From: Spirogloea muscicola
Taxonomy: Eukaryota
Assembly (NCBI GenBank): GCA_009602725.1
Contig: WELB01000030.1
Span: forward strand, 564,447-628,446
Direction of reading: 5' to 3'
Length of the DNA stretch: 64,000 bases
This document shows, piece after piece, positions 1 to 10,512 of the stretch. How positions within the stretch are numbered: position 1 is the first letter of the stretch; every line of letters starts with the position of its first letter. The notes beneath the pieces were generated by a model. That model ran no database searches. It worked only from the letters and a program-made list of their open reading frames with translations, and had not been told where the DNA came from. A program made the position numbers and the translations under genes.

Positions 1-281
1 CGCGCCGGCGGGCTGACGGCCGAGGCGCGGCCGCCGCGGCGGTTCCGGGCATCCGCGCGGCTGTCCGGGGCCTGGAGACTGGTGACGCTGTCGCCAGAGG
101 CAGGGAGCTCGCAGGACCCTACCAGGCTGCCGGTCCATCGCGCGCGGCCGCACTGAGCCGTCCGCGCGAGTAGAGCTCCAGAGCGCCGCCTCCGCCGCCA
201 ATTGCGGCCGCCGGCGCGCCGGCGGCCACCGAATTAAAGGGGGACCAGGCGGCGGAGCTCCTGGCCAGGCCGCTTCCGAAC

Positions 282-3200
282 ATGGCGGCCATGTCCCTCC
301 GCCAGGCTGCGCCCAGGGGCCTGGGAAAGCACTGCCACTGCTGCCGGCAGAAGCGACCGATCGGCCAGCTTATACCATGCGGCGCGTCCGCCGGCGAGGG
401 CGGGGCCAAGCATGGCCCCTGGTGCCACCGCTGCATCGCCACTCGGCTGCACCAGAGCCCTCACTTCATTGCCGCGGCCAGCGCCGCCGCCCGAGACGGC
501 TCCTGGAAGTGCCCCAGGTGAGCTACAGTCTGCAAGCCTGTGCTTTGGCGACAGGGCATGTTGACATGGCCTAGCGATATGCCTGAGAAGTGAGTCTGGA
601 TGCGGGTAGCATGCATGCCGTTGCCCTTGACATTACACTTCTTGGAGTTCTCATGCTTGACATACTCAGACTTCGATTCACTTGCACAATTACGCCTGTT
701 GTGGCCATCGACGGCGCATCCTGCATGTCAGCTTCAATAGCCTCTTGAAAGGAATGGTGGAACTGCCTCCATGATACTCAAACATTCAGTGCTTGGAATG
801 AAGTGCTTGGCCTCATCATCTGTCATGTGTGAGACTCTGCAGGTGCTATGACGCATGCCCTTGCAACAAGTGCGACCAACGCAGGAGTAAGCTTGGGAAG
901 AGCATGGGGGATGCGATGGAGATGTGGGGCAGGTCTGTGCATTATTATACCTCCCTTTCATGTTGGATGATTGTTCTTCTTACATCATGCTGCTGTATTC
1001 CGCTTGTAATTTGGCTAGCCTACTGGTACTTTGTCATGATTTCCTCTCACCAGCCTGTTCCCGACTGTTTGACCCTGTCATCAGCGAGCGTGACTACGTT
1101 GTGGAAGATGTTGATGTTGGACGGCAATTAGATGAGCTACAAGTAGAGCAGGACGCTGCCAGTGAAGATGATGAAGAGCCACACACAGACGATGAAGAGC
1201 AGAAACCATGTATGACTCTGGATGCTGGGGCTTGTGCGAGCCCGGTCTCTGCTCCAATCACTTTGAGAGGACCTGCTACTCCAGGCACTGGTGTCGGCCG
1301 AGGCCGACCAGCATGTACAAGCGTCCTCACCAGCATTGACAGCCCAGGCGACTCATGTATGTTGGAAACATGCTGCTTCATTGACCCGTGAATTGCATTG
1401 GCTAGTCTTTCTTACTGGTCTGGTTCTAGCATTTCGATACCCTGTCTCATCATCGTAGATAATAGTTGATGTTGTTATGTTGCAGTTCAAGATGATCCAG
1501 AGTTGTACGAAGGAGCCCTTGGACTTTGTAAAATACTCGACGACCTCAGCAGCCCTCACGTACCAAAATTCTCATTGACTCCAAAAAGTCATGTGAGTGG
1601 TTGCCTGGTAGCAGGTGCTGGAGCCTGCAGTTCTGGTTGTTTGTGTCTGTTGAACCTTGACTATGTCCAGCAGAAATGTGCTTGGGTGGGAGTGACAAGC
1701 ATGTTAGAGATGAGTGCCCGCTGGAATAGGAGACCTCCATGATAATGTCACTATCACTATCACTATCACTTGCGTCAAGCAACTAAGAACTATGCTGTAT
1801 GGCGAAGCTCCTACATCGGCCAAGTTGGTTGTAGCACATACCGTTCTCCTGGATATGTCTCTCTACCGCTGATTTGCATCTGCTGTGCTTTGTACTGCAG
1901 GAAGCATGTACAGTCGTGACCCCAGCGTCTGCAATGATCGATTGGGGAGCCCCCTTAAGCCCCCAGAGTCGGAGAAAGCGATCACGAGTAGTCGCAGAGA
2001 GAAGGCAACTACTGCGGGCGGATGAGAGATTAGCCCCTCTTACTGACAGCGCAATCTTGAACAAGAAGCACTTTCATCCCCCAGTACACATACCCACGTA
2101 TTTGCAGCAAGATGGCAGTGTTCATGCCATTGCACACAACAACCGCTTACCATTGCACCCCATTCAGCAGCAGCAGGTGGCAGGGAAAGAGGAGGCCGGA
2201 GCAACGTCACACGAGCAGGCTGACGAGCCATGGGCTGTGACTGAAGTTGATGTTGAGAAGCCCGAAGATGATGGTGGGCACAATGATAGGCAAGGACAAC
2301 CGCAAAGGGAGGTCACGCCTGCCTCGAGGCAGACAGTTGAGGAGTTGACAGGCAGCACAAGCAGCAGGGATGATGCAAGTACAGGTAGCAGCAGGGGTGA
2401 TGCCAGTGCCGGCTTGACTTCCAGCATAGAACTTGGTGGAGAGGCTGGACAAGAAGAGTCCGGCGATTGCTTCAAGGATGGGGGATGTCACAGGACTGAG
2501 GGCAGCGAAGAAGGCAGTGAGAGCTCCCTAGAAGCTTTGCAAGGTACAGTGCCTGGCGATGACTTCACAAAATATGCCTTCCTTCCTGGCAGTGCCGGAA
2601 AGTCCCATCAAGTGAGCTCAGCTTTGAGCATGAAGGCTAAGGCTGAGGCAAGCCTGGCAGCAGCTAAAGCAAGCGCAGAGTCTGGTGGTTGGAGAGCCCT
2701 TGGACATCACCAGGGCCTCAAGGTTGGCCGGCCACGCACCATGCAGAGAGCTGCCAAGGGGGCACCAGGCAAGGTGCAGTTGCAGATCAATGATACTGGC
2801 GATGAGGCCAAACTTGCTGAGAAGAGGAAGAGGAAGGCAAAGGATCTTGGACTGACTCCTGCAGAGGTTGTGAAGAGGAGGAAAAATGTTGTGGATCCTA
2901 CTTGGGTGCCCCCCGTGTCGCCATTTGGCTTGATACAAGAAAAGTTGTACCGTGAGCCGTGGAAGCTCTTGGTGGCATGCATGCTTTTGAACAAGACTGC
3001 GGGTCAACAGGTACTGACAGTAGTGCCAGATTTCTGGAAGGATATGTCTTGCCATGTCTCATAGCTTGTCCTTCAGATCATCTGCCATGGAGGAGATTAA
3101 TAGCTCAGGCTATGCAACATGCTGCTGAATGGAATGCATAGGCTGCTTCTATTCAGTCCGCTGCAAAACTGTCCCACCTACTGTATGCTTCATCATGCTA

Positions 3201-3754
3201 GTTTGATTTTTCTTTGGCTTCAGATGTATCTTGTGATATGGGAGCTTTTTGAGCTCTGCCCGACACCAGAGGCTGCGGTGGCCGCCAGGACCGAAGACAT
3301 TGGAGCTATCATTTACAGGCTTGGTTTGCAAAACAAGCGCGCCCACATGATACAACAATTTTCGGCTGACTACATTCGAGACGATTGGACTGAGATCACA
3401 CAGTTGCATGGAATCGGCAAGTAGGTTTGCAAGCCTGTACTCAAGTGCGTTCAAGTCAGTCCAAGTGTTGTTGTTGTTTACTAACCTTGCAGGCCCATGC
3501 CTTACGTCTACAGTCTGCTTGCGGGCATCAAGCAGCAGAGAATGGCATCGAATTGATCTGTATCAATATCTTGGCACCTTCACTTGATAACAGGGTGCCA
3601 TGCGTTGGTTGACAGGTACGCAGCTGACTCACATGCCATATTCTGTGAGGGGCGCTGGCGGGAAGTGACGCCAGACGATCACATGTTGAACAAGTATTGG
3701 ACCTGGTTGCAGCAGACGCAGGGCCAGGGCTATGGCTTCTCTACGGACATCTGA
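282..3754 (+). CDS. MBD4L: MBD4-like HhH-GPD DNA glycosylase with N-terminal zf-4CXXC_R1 (CDCA7-type) zinc finger; predicted exons 282-517, 843-886, 1054-1356, 1486-1592, 1901-3010, 3224-3420, 3616-3754 (711 aa)
   Basis: The C-terminal motifs [32 protein letters not shown] and [34 protein letters not shown] match the MBD4 glycosylase domain, and the catalytic Asp in PDDH is retained. The N-terminus reads [35 protein letters not shown]. All six introns are GT-AG with compatible phases. Confidence 0.85.
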
Positions 3755-4847
3755 GACGAAGCATGACATGGTCAAGTGCCTGCTCAGCGGCGAAATTCGC
3801 TGCACAAGTATGCCCTGAGGCTGGGCAACAGCTCGGTCAGCTGCCCTAAGGAGGCAGACGTCTATACCTTGTGGGCCCATGCGGTTGTGTACAGGAGTTG
3901 GAAGGCTATACGGTGGCAACTGCCCCCTCTGTACGCTCATAGGCAGGACCTCCCCTCCGAGCCCCACCTTCACCCCCTCCCTCCCCCACAACTCTTTGAA
4001 CCTTACTCATACTCCTCAGTGCAGGGACAGTGGCGGGAGTTGGCTCAGCCATACAACATCCACGCCCTTGCCCTAGCGAAGTACATTGTAGCAGAGCACG
4101 TCATGCACCTCACAATGCTCGCCTGTACAGAATACTGGTTTGGTCGTTGGGTGTACAAGTAAGTACCCAGTAGCGAGTACTGCTGTACCGGAGATGAGGG
4201 CGATGGGAGGCCTTGCGGGGTCTCTCCCTCTGGAGCTCGATTTGGCTCACACTCTATGGGCAGTGATACCATGTACATACAAGCCCCTCCTTCCTCTGTC
4301 CCCTGTTGCCTACGTTGTGTAGAGGAGGAGGCCATGCGGCCAGAATGCTTGCCGCCCAGTCAAGGCATACGTCCTTGCCGCCTTGCAGCGGAGGACACAA
4401 CCACTGTGACAAAGCTTTGGCTTGACTTCTTGCTGGCGGCATGCCCCCCCCCCACCCCGGCTCCTTTCAGCCTCCCCCCAAACTATCCCCTTGCTGGACC
4501 TCATATGCGACCTTTTCAGTACTCAGCAACTTACTATGCAACTTTCGGCAACTTGCATGCATGAGGACAATAGCAGCACCAAGTGTGCTGAAGTGCCAGC
4601 GGTGATCTCAGAAGGTATTTTAAGGGGTGAAATATGGTACACATGCACAAGATGTTGGGTGCTCTGTCAGGAAGACACCAATGTTCACGACTTTGGCAGT
4701 CCAAGTTAGCCTCTTGACTAGTTGTGATGATCTCAATCTGCAAATCCTCTTAGTTGTAGCCCAGATGAGAGTAAGGCCACATGACGTGCAGCTTGCCTGT
4801 GACTGAGATCTTTACTTCCTCAGCTGTAGCCCCCTCATCGACAAACA

Positions 4848-6298
4848 TCATGGGGGGCCTGCTTCCCGATGGCCAGCAGCGTCTACTCCCTCCATGGGAG
4901 TGGCATCCCCGTGGGATTGGCTGAAAGCCCCCTCGACCACCTCCGCATGTGTAGTTGCCTCGTCCACATCCTTGGGACCGATCGCGCCATTGGACAGACT
5001 AGCGGATGGCTCAACCTTTACCACCTGCATGTTATCAAGGACAAGCAAGGAAGTGGACACATGAGGCTGCTGCAAAATTTGCCAACTATAGAAAGTATGA
5101 TCTCTTGAGTGAGCAGTTCTTTTAGGAGGGCAACAGAGGACAACTTCAGTTTTTTGCTGTGATAGCACTTCTGACGAGCTCGCTGACCCCAATGACAACA
5201 CCGATTTGACAGGCAAGGCCTCACCGAGGAACTCCGCAGGGCACGATATGCCTCGGTCTCTTCGGGAAACGCACCGTCGATGGCAGTGATAAGCTCGCTA
5301 CGCAGAGCCTGCAGCAAGAGCCAGAGCGGAGGCAGTGAGGCTGGCGCACCAAGCAAGGGGCACACGCAGGATGGTGCTGGCGCAGGCGCCGCCAACCTGG
5401 GGCCGCCCAACACAAGCGGCTCGCGGATGGCAATCTTGGCCAGCTCTGCTCCTGCCGTGAGGAGCGAGTGACAGACGCACAAGGCCAAGTGGAGCCGGTA
5501 GCAGGCGCCAACGGTCAGGCCGGAGTGCACCTTGAAGGCGTCCACACGGCCCTTGGTGGCCTGGTTGCGGGCCGCGCACGCCTGCAGGAGGTCACGCGTG
5601 AAGCTGTCGGGGTTGCGCCCCTCGTCGATCAGCCTGCGAGGCAGCAGAGCGCGCCCACAAGCTCGCCGCCTCAGGTTCTCAATCTCATCGGGCTCCATCT
5701 CACGTCGTGTATCACAGAACGGCCGTACATGCTTCATGCAGAAATGCAGTCAAATGAAGTTAAGCATTAAGTATAATGCCACAAGCTGTCAGCATGCAGG
5801 GCTTGAGTGCCCCCAGCGGCGGGCTTCTGTGGGCCAACACCGCACTCCAGCACCTGCGGTTCTGCGCTCCCCTGCTGCCCAGATCCTCGCCCTCACGGTC
5901 TGGCGCTGGAAAGGCTCAGCGCAACGAGGGCCTCTCACGGCAGCGCGTCGTCTGGCCGCTCTCACCTGACGACCTCCAGAGGGACGCGGGCGTCGCCGCA
6001 GCCGTCGGCCGCCTCGGCCACCGCGGCCAGCTCCTTCACCAGGCCATTCCTACAGACCCCCGCCGCCGCCAGGTGCGGGAGCTCAAGCTGGGCGCCAGGT
6101 CCGAGCTCCTGAACCCGTCGCTATGGCCAAGACCAAGGCGGCAGATGGCGGCTCCGGCCTCGGCCAGGAGCAAGGAGGGGGAGCCCACAGGCGCTCGAAG
6201 AGCAGCAGCTGGCTGCTGTCGCGGTACCCCCCCAGCGTCCGCTCCAGCTGGTGGGTCTCGGCCAGCGCCCGCCCCACCGCCGCCCGCAGGCCGTCCAT
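4848..6298 (-). CDS. MED10: Mediator subunit 10; exons approx 6298-6189, 6049-5966, 5633-5531, 5308-5225, 5024-4848
   Basis: The spliced peptide SQLLLFERLNGLVKEL...VPLEVVRLIDEGRNPDSFTRDLLQACAARNQATKGRVDAFKALRSELITAIDGAFPEETEAYRALR matches plant MED10. Splice sites are GT-AG and in phase. The last exon is less certain. Confidence 0.9.
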
Positions 6299-6302
6299 GC
6301 CA

Positions 6303-6337
<35 letters not shown>

Positions 6338-6389
6338 TGCCCTCGCTCAGCGCCACTGCGGAGCCGCCGCGGCGGGGGTCGTCCCGCAG

Positions 6390-6521
6390 GTTTTCGCAGG
6401 CGCACGGGTTCGAGAAGCCCAACGACGAGCGCGCGCTGCGCCTCATGAACGCCGCCGCCGCCGCCGTGCTGGACGACCAACCGGACGTCGTCTTCGCCTA
6501 CGGCGTCAGCGACGAGTACAG
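6390..6521 (+). CDS. THG1: Isolated internal exon of tRNA(His) guanylyltransferase (partial)
   Basis: FSQAHGFEKPNDERALRLMNAAAAAVLDDQPDVVFAYGVSDEY is the Thg1 KPND...SDEY signature, bounded by a cag acceptor and a gt donor. No other Thg1 exons were seen. It is flanked by (GCC)n at 6303-6337 and an n at 6631. Confidence 0.85.
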
Positions 6522-6814
6522 GTGTGCGAGCGCCGCCGCCCTCCGCATTTGGGTGTCACGGCAGCTTCGCCATCTGCTCGGGGCTCCGCCATGACCTGGC
6601 GAATCATTCGTGCCTCTCGCCGGTGCTGTGNGCGCCGCCGCCGGCGCCGCTGCGCAGCCCCGCGGCCCGTAGGACGCCCCCTGGATCCCGCCACGACGCG
6701 CCGGCTGCGGTGCCAGCCGCCGGCGGCTGAGCTCGCTCGTCGGAAGTGGCTCTCGTCTCCGACGGGCGGACGTCGCAGCATGCTCGGCCGCCGGGGGCTT
6801 GCCGCGCAGCCGCC

Positions 6815-9800
6815 ATGGACAGCCGGTCCACCAGCAGTTCCGGGAGCGCCGAGGACCTGCAGCAGGCGGCTCTGAGCCTCAGCCGGCCAGCGTCCCCCGC
6901 CGACGTCCCGCACGTCCTCCTCTTCGTCTTCGCGCTGCTGTGCCAGCGGGACCGGTGCAGCGTCGCCCTGGTCTGCCGCGAGTGGCACCGCCTCGCCAGC
7001 CACCCGTCGCTCTGGAAGGTCGCCATTATGCACTCCTGGCCTGCCGAGGATATCAACCATATGGTCATGATTTTTGGCGTGAATGCATGCTAAGTGCTGC
7101 CTGGCACCAAGTGGTTTTCGTGTCGTTGGTGGCGCCCTATTATATAACATATATAGTTCATAGTAACATATAATCAATGGTCTGCTATTTGCGCATGCAT
7201 AAAGCGACAGATGCTCACGCCCTGGTGGTAGTGCCGTGTCCCAGCAGACGCTGAGTCTTCAGGGTGCCAGCAATGCAGGCCAAAGGCTCGCCTCGGCCAT
7301 CATACAGGTCAGTGACACGGAGTGATCAGGATGTGCATATATTTTCTAGCAGACCTCCGTTTGGTCGTAACCCTTGTCTCATCTCGTCTCTGCTGACATC
7401 CCGGGCCACCATGCCTCAATTAGGTTTGCATTGTGACTCCTCCAACAGGCGCGCTTCGTCCTCCTAAGAGAGGTGGACTTCGAGTTCGCACAGGGGCTGG
7501 AGGATCACCATCTTTCCCTTCTAGCCGATAAGGTGACAAGGCCAATATACCTCATCCCCATACTTGTTGGCTGGTCAGCCTCTCATCTGCTCGGTCTCAT
7601 CGATTGCTCGAATCCTGTTGTCAGGTGGTCAAGCTGCTTGCAGACGCAGTCAAAATGCTGCTCACAGAGAATGAGTCTAGCTCATATCAGCGGCAAGCAG
7701 CAAGAGCTCCACATTGTCCTCCTGAGACACAGTGGATGTGACATGCAGCATGTCCTTTACATTCACTTCAGTCTGATTGCCAACGGCGCAATGTGCTCGC
7801 AGGACTTGCGCGTTGTCAATCTCAACGCATGTCAGAAAGTCACTGATGCTGGCGTAGTAAATTTGTGCTCAACTCAGCCTAAGCTGACAAGCCTCTCCAT
7901 CTACTGGAACCTCAAGTAAGTGAGTGCTGCCGCTGGTGGGGTTTGCAGCTTACTTTCTCCATCTGTTGCCTTGGACCTCTTAGATTCATCTTTGTTCTTC
8001 TGACACACAGTGTACTGGCTTGCTTTGGCCTTTTGATTTCCTACGCACAGCGAGCCTTCTCGTATGCAGATCAATTTTGGATTAGCATGCAGACTAGCTG
8101 ATGACCTGGATGATTTTGCTGATGCTGCTAAAGCAGGATAACAGACAGGTCTCTGGAGGCCCTGGCGACTTACTGCCCGCGACTGCAGAAGTTGAACATC
8201 AGTGGCTGCAAGGTAAATGCACACCCCACTTAGACGTGGTCAGTACAGCCGGGTGTTGTTGGCAGGACAATGTTGTGCACGATTAGCCTGATGCCTACAC
8301 GTCAATTTTGCGAATAGTGAGATGTACCACACAGGTCAGACTTAAGATGTCAGCTATATGCAGAGGACATCAAATTGGACTGCCCTGGACTGCAAGTCAG
8401 TCATACGAATTCTGCTGCAGGGACAGTGCATGGCAGGGGCTAGCACACTGTGCCACTATGTCACTGTGTCAGGAATACCATCTCTCATTATTAATTTCTA
8501 TTTTTTGAGCTACTCCTCCACACATCCAGCCTCAATTGTGAGCATAATGGTGACGATGACGGTTGCTAACGATGGATTTTTTATACCGTGGAATCCTGCA
8601 GAACGTCACAAATGTTGGACTTCAAGCTGTTGCCAGAAGTTGTCGTCGATTGACCAGTGTCAACCTCACTCGGTAAGCAACCACTACTCACAGGATGGAT
8701 ATGAAGGCAGCTGATTGCGACCAGACTGATGGACGGCTTCTCCACCATGAGGTAGCCTGAGAATGATCTATGTAACATGTACTCAGGGGTTGTCTTGCAG
8801 GTGCATTCACGTGACAGATGCAGGAGTGACCAACGTCATTAGAAGTTGCACGGGATTGACTGAGTTGTATCTTTATGCTGACTCAAAGTACGTGGATCAA
8901 GCTCTGCTGGACAGTTCATTGTGTTGGTTGTGAACATGTTCGGCTTACTCCTCATTTCACGTCCATGCGATGGATGCATAGCATTTTCACCTGAATGGGA
9001 GTGCTGTCTGGCCTGGCAGCCTCACTGATCTACTTTTCACACGCCTCTCCACTCTCCATAATCTTCACCTTCTCGACCTCTGTGGCATGCAGGTACTTCT
9101 CATAATTAGTAGATTCTCCTCTACTAGCGAAACATGTCTGTTAAGTAGCACCTCATTGACTTGGTACTTCTCTTATACCAAAGAGTAATTATAGTATGTT
9201 GCTAGTTGTGAGAGCATCAGATATTGTTCTTCGCCAACTTACAGTCTTTGCATGCTGTTGAGGCCCTGTTGCAGCATTTGACAGACAAGGGCCTTGAGGC
9301 TATCGGGTGCTGTCCGAGGCTAAGGTCGCTTAATCTGACATGGTGAGATGTGATTAATACATGCTGTGTGCATGATCATGACTTGCTTAAACTATCAATG
9401 ACAACTCAAAGCTAGCCAGAGAATCTCCTGGGAAACATCGGCCACATTCTGAGCAGAATCTGTCTGTCTGAGCTGCTGGCAGGTGTGTCCAGATAACTGA
9501 CGCAGGACTTGCTGCCATTGCGTATGGCTGCCAATATCTGGAGGTTTTGAGGTACTGATGGATGCAGAAGGGTCTACTGCTCAACCATGTACTTTCTGTT
9601 GCAGGTCCCACAATGGAGAGCTTGATGAAAGAGTGACAGTGACTGCAAGGGTGATCAAATGCACCACTTTATGTTTGTGATCTGATTGAAAGTTGTGCCT
9701 GGTGTTAACTTGCAGTCTCTATGGCATCCGGGGAATCACGGACAGCAGCATTGAAGCTCTGGCTCGGGGCTGCAGCACATCGCTCACAACCCTCGATGTC

Positions 9801-10055
9801 AATGGTTGTGTCAACATCACGGTAGCTCCGCCTGCCCTTTTGAGACCACCACAGGCCCTTAGGTGGTATCTTATGCAGTTCCAGCCGCATAATAAGCAAC
9901 ACTCAGAAGCTGGCACGACTTCGCTTCTGGCTTCTCTTTGGATATCTTGGATCTGAGTCTGACTAAATATGTGTTTGCTTATTGTCCAGAGGCGATCCCA
10001 GGCTGAGCTACTGCAGCTCTTTCCCAAGCTGCAGTGCTTCCTTGTTCACAGCTAG
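6815..10055 (+). CDS. F-box/LRR-repeat protein (At3g58530-like), about 12 exons
   Basis: An F-box (VPHVLLFVFALLCQRDRCSVALVCREWHRL..PSLWK) is followed by exons VDFEFAQGLEDHHL, LRVVNLNACQKVTDAG..SIYWN, LNISGCK, LDLCGMQ, LNLTWCVQITDAG and LYGIRGITD..LTTLDVNGC, ending RRSQAELLQLFPKLQCFLVHS*. Confidence 0.88.
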
Positions 10056-10512
10056 CTAGCGGCAGCATCGTGTGTCCTCGGCTTTGCCTCCACTAAACAA
10101 ATCCACGTCCATGATGACGCTTAAGGGTCATTGCGCTCTGTTAGACGAAGCTCTGCAACACTCTATTCTTGCTTTCAGCTGATGTCTTGGCCTGCTGAGC
10201 CAAGGCATGTCTGCAAATCACAGGACAGGCTCGAGCTGCTAGCTCAGCTGAGTGTCTTGGCCCAATCCTCGCCTCTTCTCAGACACAGACAGGAGTCGCC
10301 AAGCGAACTCTGCTGCTCAATGCTAAGCCATGAGCCCATTGTGCTTCTTGCTAGTGCTTCAAGTAAACCAGTATCTTCATCATGAGCACAGAGTAAAGCC
10401 GCCAATACCCATTGGCCTCTGAGGTCGGCCATGTCTGCCAATATTGAGAACGATGGCCCTCAAACGGACCTATGTCCTCAATTGACTTGGTGCGACGTGC
10501 TTCATGACTATC

